A DNA stretch of 55,298 nucleotides, taken from Nitrososphaerota archaeon. GTDB lineage: Archaea; Thermoproteota; Nitrososphaeria_A; Caldarchaeales; Calditenuaceae. Of this stretch, positions 28,116 through 37,267 are shown piece by piece. The position numbers and the translations under genes were made by a program. Below the pieces are notes generated by a model that made no database searches, had not been told where the DNA came from, and saw only the letters and a list, made by a program, of their open reading frames with translations. Position 1 is the stretch's first letter; each line of letters opens with the position of its first letter. The stretch lies in assembly GCA_033581555.1 (NCBI GenBank), contig JAVQSZ010000009.1, positions 1-55,298 on the forward strand. Reading direction: 5' to 3'.

Positions 28116-28544
28116 ATGGGCAACGGGGAGTTCGCGGCGAGGTCGCTGATCAGGACGAGGCAGAGGTTCAGGTGGAGCTATCGGCCCTACAGGAACAAGA
28201 TGATGCGGCTGAAGGAGAAGTACGACCCGCTCGAGGGCGCGCCGATGGCTAGGGGGATCGTCCTCGAGAAGAAGGGGATTGAGTCCAGGCAGCCCAACAG
28301 CGCGGTCAGGAAGTGCGTCAGGGTCCAGCTGATCAAGAACGGTAAGGTGATCACCGCCTTCTGCCCCGGAGACGGTTCCCTGAACGTCATCGACGAGCAC
28401 GACGAGGTCCTCGTGCAGGGTATCGGCGGAACGCTCGGCAAGTCCTACGGAGATCTGCCCGGAGTGAGGTATGAAGTCTTCATGGTCAACGGCGTACCGC
28501 TCAAGCTGCTCGTCATCGGGAAGGTGAAGAAGCCGAAGCGTTGA
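28116..28544 (+). CDS. rps12: 30S ribosomal protein S12 (uS12)
   Basis: [58 protein letters not shown]. Confidence 0.97.
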   Translation: MGNGEFAARSLIRTRQRFRWSYRPYRNKMMRLKEKYDPLEGAPMARGIVLEKKGIESRQPNSAVRKCVRVQLIKNGKVITAFCPGDGSLNVIDEHDEVLVQGIGGTLGKSYGDLPGVRYEVFMVNGVPLKLLVIGKVKKPKR

Positions 28545-28633
28545 ATTGCGAGTACATCAAGTGCTCGGACTTCTCGGACTTCTGGAGGTTAGATTCGTAT
28601 ACGGACTCCATCAACGAGAGAGGATTATACGGG

Positions 28634-29959
28634 TTAGAGGCCTAATATCGCTCCGATCACATAGCCCGCCGCCAGTAGCGAACCTGTAGTTGCGACGTTG
28701 CGTATGTTCAAGGCCATCGCCGGGATCATCGCGTACTGGATCCCAAAAGTCCCTGAAACCATCCTGTAAACCCTCACCGCGGTCGGGATCGTGACGAGCG
28801 CGATCAGGACCGTCGGCGGGCCGAGCCTAAGGACAGGGATAAGGGCGGTGGAGGCGTAGGCGGCCGCGTAGAAGACCGCGAGGAGCCTCAGCGCATTTTC
28901 CTTCGAGATCCTCGTGACGAGGTGCATTTTACCGGCGACCTTGTCGAATGGTGCGTCGGGTATCTCGTTGACATACAGGATCAACATGATCAGTATTCCT
29001 ATCGGTATCGATGCGAGGAGAGCGTCAAGGGTCAGCTTCTGTGTCTGGACGAAGTACGCGCCCAACACGATCACCGGCCCGAACCCAGTTCCGACCGCCA
29101 GCTCCCCCATTCCCCTATACGCAAGCTTGATCGGTGGCGCGGTGTAGAAATAAGCCAGGAAGAGGCCGAGCGCCATCAACCCCAATATGACCAATGGACC
29201 TCTGGTGATTGCGAGGTACATTCCGATAGCTGATCCGGCGGCGAAGAACGAGGCGAAGAGCGTCCTCGACTCGGACTCCGAGATGAGACCGTAGATTATA
29301 GCCCTCGATCCACCGCTGAACGGTGTTGGCCTCCTGTTGGCTGGGTCTGCCCCGAGCTTCGTGTCGAAATAATCGTTCGCGACGTTCAGTCCCAGGTGGA
29401 TGAACGCGAGCCCGACGAAGGTCAACAGGAGTAACAGAGGGTCGAAGAACCCGTTGTAGTACGCGACCGATGCCCCGATCGCGGTCGGTACGGCGGTCGC
29501 TATTAGAAACGGCAGCCTGACGACCCTGAAGAAGGCCCAGAAGGCGCCGATGCGGGGCTTGAAGTCGAGGCCGAGCCTCAGCCCGAGCCTCTCGAGGTAT
29601 CTTCGCGCCCTGACTGACGAGACTTCCACGTACTCAGGGAACGGGACCTCCTTCTCGTCCCACCTGTAGCTCTTCTCGACATCGACTTCAATGCCTTCGG
29701 GAGCCGGACGGGCAGTCCCCCTTATCATGAGGTACCTGCGGTCGGTGTAACCTCCTCCCGGGATCGGAGTGATGTGGTTGAAGGTTACGTTGACCTTCCT
29801 ACCGGCGAAGGTAAGCCCCTTGAATCCCTCGGGCAGCTCCACCGTGACGCGTCCGTCCTCTATCCTCACCTTCGCAGGGACCGTTACCGGATACCCGTCT
29901 TCGTCAACGAACGAGACCGAGACCTGCTCGAACTCCTGCAGGACATTAGCGCTGATCAC
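28634..29959 (-). CDS. Split-barrel (PNPOx-like) domain fused to a MenA-type UbiA prenyltransferase
   Basis: C-terminal ~300 aa: NDYFD...GAD, PFSGGSR, YTAPP..LAYRGMGE, NEIPD...D...GK; N-terminal ~135 aa beta-rich with VDEDGYP. Confidence 0.85.
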   Translation of the reverse strand: MISANVLQEFEQVSVSFVDEDGYPVTVPAKVRIEDGRVTVELPEGFKGLTFAGRKVNVTFNHITPIPGGGYTDRRYLMIRGTARPAPEGIEVDVEKSYRWDEKEVPFPEYVEVSSVRARRYLERLGLRLGLDFKPRIGAFWAFFRVVRLPFLIATAVPTAIGASVAYYNGFFDPLLLLLTFVGLAFIHLGLNVANDYFDTKLGADPANRRPTPFSGGSRAIIYGLISESESRTLFASFFAAGSAIGMYLAITRGPLVILGLMALGLFLAYFYTAPPIKLAYRGMGELAVGTGFGPVIVLGAYFVQTQKLTLDALLASIPIGILIMLILYVNEIPDAPFDKVAGKMHLVTRISKENALRLLAVFYAAAYASTALIPVLRLGPPTVLIALVTIPTAVRVYRMVSGTFGIQYAMIPAMALNIRNVATTGSLLAAGYVIGAILGL

Positions 29960-30451
29960 TCAGGACCCACCTCCGACCTTGATGACCTCGGGCCTCGTGG
30001 ACATCGGGTCGCCCCTCCAGACGACGACCTCTTCCGGTACCACCTCGATCACCGCCCTCTCCCAGAAGAGCGGGAAGGCGAACCTCTGTTTGAGGTAGGC
30101 GTCGATGTAAGGCTCCTTCCTCCTCCAGAGCGGCAACAACCTCATCCATCCCTCGCTCAGGTTCGAGTCGTCTATCGCCGCCCTGCCCTTCACCGTTACC
30201 GCCTTCACCTTCCCCGTCCGCATGAACTCTTCCACCGAGAAGTGGACGGAGACCTTGGGGTTGCTCTTGATGTACTCGAGCTTCCTGCTGAACAGCACGC
30301 TGGACGTGAAGTAAATCTTCCCGGAGCCCCTCTCGTAGAGCGGGAGCATCGGATGCGTGACAGGCTCAGACCTCTCGTCGATCGTCGTCAGCAGCGCGAC
30401 GAGGGCGTTCTCTAAGACCTCCTCGACCTCAGGAGGAAGCTGGGCCCCCAT
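29960..30451 (-). CDS. Pyridoxamine 5'-phosphate oxidase-like split-barrel protein
   Basis: LLTTID...P...PM, SRKLEYIKSNPKVSV, VTVKGRA. Confidence 0.85.
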   Translation of the reverse strand: MGAQLPPEVEEVLENALVALLTTIDERSEPVTHPMLPLYERGSGKIYFTSSVLFSRKLEYIKSNPKVSVHFSVEEFMRTGKVKAVTVKGRAAIDDSNLSEGWMRLLPLWRRKEPYIDAYLKQRFAFPLFWERAVIEVVPEEVVVWRGDPMSTRPEVIKVGGGS

Positions 30452-30529
30452 CAACGGTGAGCGTTCGGTCCCGAGTGATATACGTTGTCGACCCTCTCGA
30501 GAAATAGGACCTGACCGCGACGGCAGGTT

Positions 30530-30554
30530 AAAATTTAGGTCAATCCTAACTTTT
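30530..30554. promoter_or_regulatory. DtxR/IdeR-type operator
   Basis: AAAAT-TTAGG-TCAAT-CCTAA-CTTTT inverted repeat immediately before the regulator ATG. Confidence 0.75.
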
Positions 30555-30558
30555 GCCG

Positions 30559-30996
30559 ATGCCTAAATCAAAGACCCTCACATCGGCACAGGACAGGTAC
30601 CTCGCGACGATTTACGGCTTCGCCGAGCAGGGCAGGGAGGTCACGACGGGGGAGCTAGCCAAAGCGCTAGGCGTCACGCCGGCCAGCGTCTCGGAGGCCC
30701 TGAGGCAATTAGAGTCGAGGAAGCTCGTCGAGAGGAGGAGCTGGGGGAGGTACGCCCTTAGCCAGAAGGGTTGGGAAGTGGCGATGAGGATGTCCCACAA
30801 CCACAGGGTCTTAGAGACCTACTTCGTCTCGGTCCTCGGTCTGAGCGAGGACGACGCGTGCGCAGAGGCCGCGAAGATCGATGCGGTCGTGAGCGACGTC
30901 TTGATCGCTAGGATGTGCAGGGCGCTCTCCTGGCCCAACATCTGCGTCCACGGCCGGCCCATTCACCACGGATTCTGCAGGGGTGGCGGACCTTGA
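30559..30996 (+). CDS. DtxR/MntR family metal-dependent repressor
   Basis: YLATIY, LGVTPASVSEAL, HRVLETYF, EAAKID, PNICVHGRPI. Confidence 0.92.
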   Translation: MPKSKTLTSAQDRYLATIYGFAEQGREVTTGELAKALGVTPASVSEALRQLESRKLVERRSWGRYALSQKGWEVAMRMSHNHRVLETYFVSVLGLSEDDACAEAAKIDAVVSDVLIARMCRALSWPNICVHGRPIHHGFCRGGGP

Positions 30997-31946
30997 ACGC
31001 CCGGAGGGTCCTCCTGCTGACCGCGGTCGTGGCTGCGGTCGCGGCGATCTCCGTCTCCCTGACCTTAACGGCAGTCATGAGGCAGCCCGAGTCCTCTGGG
31101 GAGAGGGAGGTCGCGGTCTCGATCGGGCTGTTGGGCGAGATCGTCCACAGGCTGACCGACGGTGCCGTCAGGGTTCAGGTCGTTGTACCTCCGGGAGCCG
31201 AAGTTCACGACTGGGAGCCGACCCCGAAGGAGGTCGAGAGGGTCAAGCGCGCTGTGCTGGTGTTCCACGTCATCAAAACGCTCGACGGATGGGTCGTCGA
31301 CCTCGTTAGGTCCGCGGGCTCCGGGGCGAGGGTCATCGAGGTAGCAGCACATCCCTCGATCAAGGTGATCAGGACGGACGGTGTCCCCGATCCGCACGTC
31401 TGGCTCTCCCTGCGGAACTACGCGTCGATGGTCGAGGTGATCGCGTCGGAGCTCGTGAAGGCGTTCCCCGACCTCTCCGATCGCGTCAGGTCGAGGGCGG
31501 AGGCGCTAAAGAAGCAAGTGATGGGGCTGTACAACGAGTTCGCCCCGAAGCTGGAGAAGCACAGGGGCAAGCCCTTCGTGACCGAGCACCTCGCGTTCAG
31601 GTACCTGGCGGAGGAGTTCGGGCTGAAGAACCTCGCCCTCAAGGGCGTGGAGGAAGAGGAGCCTACGGCTAAGCACCTATTGGAACTGAAGGAGGAGATA
31701 AAGAAGCACGGCGTTAAGGTGATCTACGCAGAGCCGACTTCGCGGGACCACCACACCCACCACGCCCACGACCACCACGCCCACGCCTCCGAACTTGTCG
31801 AGGAGTTCGCAGAGGAGCTGGGCCTTGAGATAATGTTCCTCGACACGATGGAGGGGTTGACCCTGGAGGACGCGCTGAACGGTCACGGGTACCTCCACGT
31901 GATGGAGGAGAACCTCGAGGCGCTGCTCAAGGGCTTTGGGTCTTGA
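30993..31946 (+). CDS. Metal ABC transporter substrate-binding protein (ZnuA/TroA)
   Basis: N-terminal anchor, VHDWEPTP, DPHVWLS, EHLAFRYL, LDTM; His-rich loop; TTGA overlap with the regulator. Confidence 0.92.
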   Translation: MNARRVLLLTAVVAAVAAISVSLTLTAVMRQPESSGEREVAVSIGLLGEIVHRLTDGAVRVQVVVPPGAEVHDWEPTPKEVERVKRAVLVFHVIKTLDGWVVDLVRSAGSGARVIEVAAHPSIKVIRTDGVPDPHVWLSLRNYASMVEVIASELVKAFPDLSDRVRSRAEALKKQVMGLYNEFAPKLEKHRGKPFVTEHLAFRYLAEEFGLKNLALKGVEEEEPTAKHLLELKEEIKKHGVKVIYAEPTSRDHHTHHAHDHHAHASELVEEFAEELGLEIMFLDTMEGLTLEDALNGHGYLHVMEENLEALLKGFGS

Positions 31947-32686
31947 GCGCGGTGATCGAGGTAAAGGACCTTGCAGTCTCCTACACTAAGGGGGCGTACG
32001 CGGTAGAGAACGTGAGCTTCGAGGTCCGAGGGGGCGAGGTCGCATACCTCCTCGGGCCGAACGGCGGCGGGAAGACGACGATCTTAAGGGCCATCATCGG
32101 CGCCGTGAAGCCCTCGAGGGGGCGCGTGAGGGTATTCGGGAAGGACGTCGGCGAGTTCCGGGAGTGGTGGCGAGTAGGGTACGTACCCCAGAACGCGCCA
32201 AGCGCTCTATCCAGGATGCCGATCAGCGTCGGCGAGCTGCTCAGCGCGGTCTCGACGGGAAGGGGGAGGCCAATGGGGAAGGAAGAGGTTCTGATGCTCG
32301 TGGGGTTCGAGGACCCGGCCCGGCTGCTGGGGAAGCCGCTCTTCAGCCTCTCCGGGGGCGAGTTCCAGAGAGTGGTCATAGCGGCAGCGCTCGTGAACGG
32401 CCCCGAGCTCCTCCTGCTCGACGAGCCGACTACCTACGTCGACCCCACCGGGATCTCGAGAGTGATGGAGCTGGTCTGGAGGCTGAATACTGAGCTTGGG
32501 ATGACGATACTGATGGTGACCCACGACGTCTCAGTGATAGGGTACAGGGGCGCGAGGGTCCTCTGCGTCAACAGGGACAGGTTCTACTCAGGGTCGCTGG
32601 AGGAGTTGGTCTCCTCGGAGGAGCTCTGCAACGTCTACGGCTTCCACGTCTACACCGTCGGACACTCGTGGAAGGTCAACGGGTGA
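31943..32686 (+). CDS. Metal ABC transporter ATPase (ZnuC-like)
   Basis: GPNGGGKTT, GYVPQ, LSGGEFQRV, LLDEPT, VTHD. Confidence 0.93.
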   Translation: MSAVIEVKDLAVSYTKGAYAVENVSFEVRGGEVAYLLGPNGGGKTTILRAIIGAVKPSRGRVRVFGKDVGEFREWWRVGYVPQNAPSALSRMPISVGELLSAVSTGRGRPMGKEEVLMLVGFEDPARLLGKPLFSLSGGEFQRVVIAAALVNGPELLLLDEPTTYVDPTGISRVMELVWRLNTELGMTILMVTHDVSVIGYRGARVLCVNRDRFYSGSLEELVSSEELCNVYGFHVYTVGHSWKVNG

Positions 32687-33413
32687 GGAGCCTCTTATCG
32701 CTTTGAGCCCAGCTCCCGAGCTTCCTGACCGTCCAGCGCTCGTGGGCCTCCTCGACGCTCCGCGAAGCCATGACGACCTCCGCGAACTCCGCCTGCTCCG
32801 AGACGAGCCTCCTGAGGTCCCTCGGTGTAAGCCTTCCGAGCTTACGCAACCTGAGGATCTGAACCAACGGTGCGTGGGCGGCTGGGAAACCCGCATATCT
32901 CACCTCCTCGAACGCGACACTTCTTACGAGGTCGAAGTACGACGAGGGCGACGTGACGAGAAGCCAACCCCTCCAGCCCTCCGCGAGTTCATCGAGGACC
33001 CTTCTGTGCGTGATCACCTCTGATGCCGTCGCGTACCTGTCGATGAGGCCGAGCCACTCCTCGACGTCCACCTTTCCAGTCAACTTGTACCTGAGCGTGA
33101 GCCTCACCGCCTCGACTCCTAGCTCGTAGTCGGCTTCAGCGGCCTCGTCGGGCATGACCCCGATTACCTCGCCGCGATACCCGAGCCTCCTGAGCGCCCT
33201 GAGGAACTCGAGCTGAGACCTGATGGTCAGCTTCGCCGTCTCGCTCACCTCCTCTAGGACCGACTCGTCACCGGAACGCAGGTAGGCGGTCAGTGCGGCT
33301 TGTGCCTCCTCCGTGACCTCGAGTAGGAGGACCGAGTGCTCCATCAACATGCACAGATCTGCGGCCTCAAGGGCTCCCCTGAGCCTCGGGGTCCTGACAA
33401 CGACCTTTCCCAT
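32676..33413 (-). CDS. Hypothetical soluble protein
   Basis: 245-aa ORF with GGAG SD, 7 bp downstream of the M50 protease gene. Confidence 0.7.
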   Translation of the reverse strand: MGKVVVRTPRLRGALEAADLCMLMEHSVLLLEVTEEAQAALTAYLRSGDESVLEEVSETAKLTIRSQLEFLRALRRLGYRGEVIGVMPDEAAEADYELGVEAVRLTLRYKLTGKVDVEEWLGLIDRYATASEVITHRRVLDELAEGWRGWLLVTSPSSYFDLVRSVAFEEVRYAGFPAAHAPLVQILRLRKLGRLTPRDLRRLVSEQAEFAEVVMASRSVEEAHERWTVRKLGSWAQSDKRLLTR

Positions 33414-33420
33414 CTCCTCC

Positions 33421-34677
33421 TTATCCCGTCAGTACGTATGGCAGGATGATGATCGAGAGGAGCATCGAGAGGAAGAAGAGCGAGACCGCGGTCGTAATCG
33501 TCACCACGAGCCCCGACCTCTCCCCGGACCTGAAAAGCGTCGAGAGCAGCTTCCTCATGGCCTGACCTCCGTCGAGCGGGTATATCGGGAGGGCGTTGAA
33601 GATCGCGACGTTGATGTTGACGAACCACATCCAGTAGAGCGCGTTGCTCAACGCCGCGAAGCCGCTTCCCAAGACGGGGTGGGTGAAGAGGGAGCTTATT
33701 GTCCTGCACCTCTCCACAGAGTTCTCGACGAGACAAACCTCGCTCTCGGAGAACGGGTAGGCGATCACGTTGAACGTCGGCGGCGCGAAGAAGGCGAGTG
33801 GGTTGGAGCCCGTGATCGACCTGTACCTCTCGAGTATCTGGGCTGCGAGGAGGTGGAAGTCCGCGTCCCTTATCACGACGCCGATCCCCGGCCGCCCTCC
33901 CCCGAGGTCGATCAGCGTGAGGCTGAAGGTCAGTGGCTTTCCCTCCCTCACGACGCCCAACTCTACCCTGCCCCCGACGCCCGTTGTGGCAAAGGCCTCG
34001 ACCAGTTGCCTGAGACCGTCGACTCGAACGCCGTTGACAGAGACGATCTGGTCGTTCGGCCGCAGCCCCGCGACGCTCGCTGGGCCGCCCTCCATCACCG
34101 AGTCGACGACGATGGGCAGCGCGACTGTGACTGAGCCCGCTATCGCGACCATGGCGACGAGGGACGCCACTGCCACGACCGCGTTCGAGGTCGGACCCGC
34201 CGAGAGGATCTTCAGGACCTCCCTTAGCTTGCCGCGCTTCATCTCGACGTCCTCGGTCTCGACGAACGCGCCTATCGGGATCCCCAGGAAGAGTATCAGG
34301 CCCGTCGACCTCACGGTGTAACCGTACCGCCTGGCAACGACGCCGTGCGCCCCTTCGTGGACCATCAGCGCCACGAAGATGCCCAGCCACCCGTAGATCA
34401 CCGGGAGGTACGGGTTGACGCCCGGCAGCAGGAGGAACGACGCGGGGCCTGCCTCCCTCTGGGCCTGTTGAACTTCGGGCCTCGTGAGGATCGCGGTCAA
34501 CGAGATGAGGAGGAAGAAGGTCGCGGTGCCCGCGAGGGCCGGCATCGCGAGTAGCGCGAGGGTCGAGAGAGGCCCCATCGCCCTGGTCCTCCCTAGCCTG
34601 TCGAAGGCGCCCAGCATCCGCTCGGACCTGATGATGATCAGCGGGAACCTGAACTCCACGGACCTCCTTCTCGCCAT
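33421..34677 (-). CDS. Site-2 protease (M50) with PDZ domain
   Basis: HEGAH, GAFVE, AGPTSN, PASVAGLRPNDQI (PDZ), FNALPIYPLDGG. Confidence 0.95.
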   Translation of the reverse strand: MARRRSVEFRFPLIIIRSERMLGAFDRLGRTRAMGPLSTLALLAMPALAGTATFFLLISLTAILTRPEVQQAQREAGPASFLLLPGVNPYLPVIYGWLGIFVALMVHEGAHGVVARRYGYTVRSTGLILFLGIPIGAFVETEDVEMKRGKLREVLKILSAGPTSNAVVAVASLVAMVAIAGSVTVALPIVVDSVMEGGPASVAGLRPNDQIVSVNGVRVDGLRQLVEAFATTGVGGRVELGVVREGKPLTFSLTLIDLGGGRPGIGVVIRDADFHLLAAQILERYRSITGSNPLAFFAPPTFNVIAYPFSESEVCLVENSVERCRTISSLFTHPVLGSGFAALSNALYWMWFVNINVAIFNALPIYPLDGGQAMRKLLSTLFRSGERSGLVVTITTAVSLFFLSMLLSIIILPYVLTG

Positions 34678-34730
34678 CCGCCGGCGCTAAGGTTGATCGG
34701 TCGGTAAATAAGCTGACGCTTGGTTACGCG

Positions 34731-35747
34731 ATGAGCGAGGACTGTCCGCCCGCGCCAGTCGAGTCGTTCTACGTTACAGTGGGCGGCCACTACTTCGCGG
34801 TCAAGGGCGTAGCCCACCCTACTGGCAGACTGGTCTCGGTCCTTGCTTGGAGGTGGGCGCACGATCGGTATGTCAGGGCTACGCGCCTAGACGAGACGTA
34901 CGGGCTGCTCGCGGAGGTCCTGCCGGAGGCCCTCCTCCTCGACGACTCGGCCGGACAGATGATCCCCGCGGTGCCCCTCTCGAGGGTCGACAGGGTCATC
35001 GCCCCGGTGGAAAGACGTCAGGTCGCGGCCTCAGACACGCTGGCTGAGAGGGCCAGGGAGCTGATGGGGCTGATCGACCCCGACGGCGAGCTCGGCGTAA
35101 AGCTGACGGGCTCAATACTCCTCGGGCTTCACGACGAGTCCTCGGACATCGACCTAGTCGCCTTCTCGGCAAGGAAGGTCCCGGAAGTAGCGGAGGTGCT
35201 GGAAGGGCTGAGGAGGAAAGGTTTAGTCGTTAGCGGTCGGGAATCGGTCGCGAGGGACGTCGCCTCCAAGAGGGCCGACTCGGCGCTTCCCGTCGAGGTT
35301 TGGATCGAGCTCGAGTCGAGGAAGAGGCTTGCTGGGGAGTTCAGGGGGATCCACTTCACGGTGAAGGTGGTCCCGATGCCCGATGAGTACTGGGAGCCCT
35401 ATGGGACGCGGAGGTGGAGGGCGCTTGGGAGGTGCGTCCTCGCGGCTGAGGTCACGGACGTCCGCTTCGGGGCGACCACGCCCAACTCCTACGGCATCAG
35501 GGCGGAGGAAGTGATCATGGGCCCGGAAAGGGCCATCGGCGCAGTGCGGATCGAGTCGATGAGGTCTAGGTTCTCGGAGGCCGCGTCTCAGGGCGAGAGG
35601 GTCCTGGTGTCGGGGAGGCTCGAGGTCGACCTACTCTCCGGAGAGTGCAGGGTCTTCCTCGGCTCGGAACCCCGCGACGCGATCTTCCCCCTTGAGTTCC
35701 TGAAGGCGCGTCGGGAGGAGCTCTTGAGGACGGTGATGACGTCTTGA
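34731..35747 (+). CDS. Pol-beta-fold nucleotidyltransferase (COG1665-like)
   Basis: TGSILLGLHDESSDIDLV; FAVKGVAHP; C-terminal OB-like GERVLVSGRLE. Confidence 0.75.
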   Translation: MSEDCPPAPVESFYVTVGGHYFAVKGVAHPTGRLVSVLAWRWAHDRYVRATRLDETYGLLAEVLPEALLLDDSAGQMIPAVPLSRVDRVIAPVERRQVAASDTLAERARELMGLIDPDGELGVKLTGSILLGLHDESSDIDLVAFSARKVPEVAEVLEGLRRKGLVVSGRESVARDVASKRADSALPVEVWIELESRKRLAGEFRGIHFTVKVVPMPDEYWEPYGTRRWRALGRCVLAAEVTDVRFGATTPNSYGIRAEEVIMGPERAIGAVRIESMRSRFSEAASQGERVLVSGRLEVDLLSGECRVFLGSEPRDAIFPLEFLKARREELLRTVMTS

Positions 35748-36664
35748 TCGCGACTGTTACATCGGGCTCAAGGCTGCACTTGGGCTTCACGTCGCTCTCG
35801 AGTGGCCCCAAGCCCTGGTCGGGAATTGGACTGATGACGGAGGAGCCGAAGGTGACCGTGAGGGTCGTCAGTCGCGGCGCGGGTCGGCTGCTCTGCTCAA
35901 GGGACCACGAAGAGGTAGTGAGGTCCGTGGCGGAGGCGCTGACGGTGGAGCTGGGCTCCTTCGACGTCGAAGTCTCTGCCCCGCCGCTCCATGTCGGCCT
36001 CGGGACGACTACGCAGTTGACGCTCGCCTTGGGCGCCGCGCTCTCGACCGTTACGGGCATCCGCTTCGACCCGCTCAGCCACGCGAGGCTCACAGGCCGC
36101 GGGAAGAGGTCCTGGGTCGGGATAGCCGGCTTCATCGGCGGAGGCCTCGTGGTTGACCTGGGGAGGCGAGAGGACGACGCCTGGGCGCACGACTTCGTCA
36201 ACGTGGAGTTCCCACGGGACTGGGCGGTTCTGTTGGTGTGGCCGGTGGGCGAAAGGGGGCTGAGCGGCGGAGTAGAGGAGGAGGCGATCGCGGCGGCGGA
36301 GGACCCGTGGGGCCAGCGAGCGGCCGTCGACGTGGAGACGGTGATCGATGCGGTCAGAGGGCATGACTTCGATGGGTTCGTAGGGATCGTGGAGCGCCTC
36401 CAGGAGGCGATGAGTTCGGCCTTCTCCCGGTCCCAGGGAGGGAAGTACCACAGGGCCTCGGAGGGATTGGTAGAGTTGCTGAAGGAGCACGGAGCGAGGG
36501 GTATCGGTCAGTCGAGCTGGGGCCCGACCGTTTACGGGTTCTTCAAGGACCGCAGGTCGGCGGAGTCCGCGGCCCTCCGGCTGGTCCGCGAACTCGAGGG
36601 AGGGGAGTTCAGGGTACTAGTGACTGAAGCAAGGAACAGGGGAGCGGAAGTCTCGGTCAGGTGA
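35744..36664 (+). CDS. Beta-RFAP synthase-like GHMP-fold protein
   Basis: SRLHLG, HVGLGTTTQL, GRGKRS..G..GF..GGLVVD.G, GQSSWGPTVY, ARNRGA. Confidence 0.85.
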   Translation: MIATVTSGSRLHLGFTSLSSGPKPWSGIGLMTEEPKVTVRVVSRGAGRLLCSRDHEEVVRSVAEALTVELGSFDVEVSAPPLHVGLGTTTQLTLALGAALSTVTGIRFDPLSHARLTGRGKRSWVGIAGFIGGGLVVDLGRREDDAWAHDFVNVEFPRDWAVLLVWPVGERGLSGGVEEEAIAAAEDPWGQRAAVDVETVIDAVRGHDFDGFVGIVERLQEAMSSAFSRSQGGKYHRASEGLVELLKEHGARGIGQSSWGPTVYGFFKDRRSAESAALRLVRELEGGEFRVLVTEARNRGAEVSVR

Positions 36665-36796
36665 TGGCTGCTACAGTGATCCCGGAGAGCCCGATCGCCA
36701 CTAGGTGCTAAGCGTATCAAGAGTAGCAACAATAGTAACACGTATACAAAAACATCTAATAGGAAGTTTAGCCATAAGTATTTGCGGGGTAGGGAA

Positions 36797-37261
36797 ATGT
36801 CGATCGGGGAGCTCGTGACCCTGGCTCACGGGTTCCTCGGAGTGCTGCTGATCGTTGGGACGCCGTGGGCGATGGCGGAGCTCCTCGCGCTGTCGAGTCC
36901 AGAGGGCGTGAAGAGGCTGAAGTTGGTGACTGCAGGCCTCGCCGTCATCGCGTTCTTGGTGTCGATCTTCCTCGCGGCGCCGTCCTACTTGGTCTACTAT
37001 CCACCCGCCAAGGAGGTGATACTGAAGAGCCCGACTCCGTGGGCCCACACGGTCCTGATGGAGATCAAAGAGCACGTAGGCCTCGGAGGACCGCTGGTCC
37101 TCTTCGTTGTCGCGTTCCTAGTCTGGTACTACAACAACGCGCTGATCGAGAACAAGGACCTCAGGAAGCTGCTCTTTGCGCTGCTGGCGGTCTCCTTGGT
37201 CGTCGCCTTCTACGAGATCGCGCTGGGGACCTACATCGCGAGGATCGCCCCCGTGAGGTGA
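36797..37261 (+). CDS. 4-TM membrane protein with His motifs
   Basis: LAHGFLG, PWAHTVLMEIKEHVG; four hydrophobic helices; AT-rich promoter. Confidence 0.8.
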   Translation: MSIGELVTLAHGFLGVLLIVGTPWAMAELLALSSPEGVKRLKLVTAGLAVIAFLVSIFLAAPSYLVYYPPAKEVILKSPTPWAHTVLMEIKEHVGLGGPLVLFVVAFLVWYYNNALIENKDLRKLLFALLAVSLVVAFYEIALGTYIARIAPVR

Positions 37262-37267
37262 GGAGAG

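Noticed and set aside
28564-28581. Tandem repeat CTCGGACTT twice after rps12
   Set aside because: Only two short copies; consistent with chance or slippage
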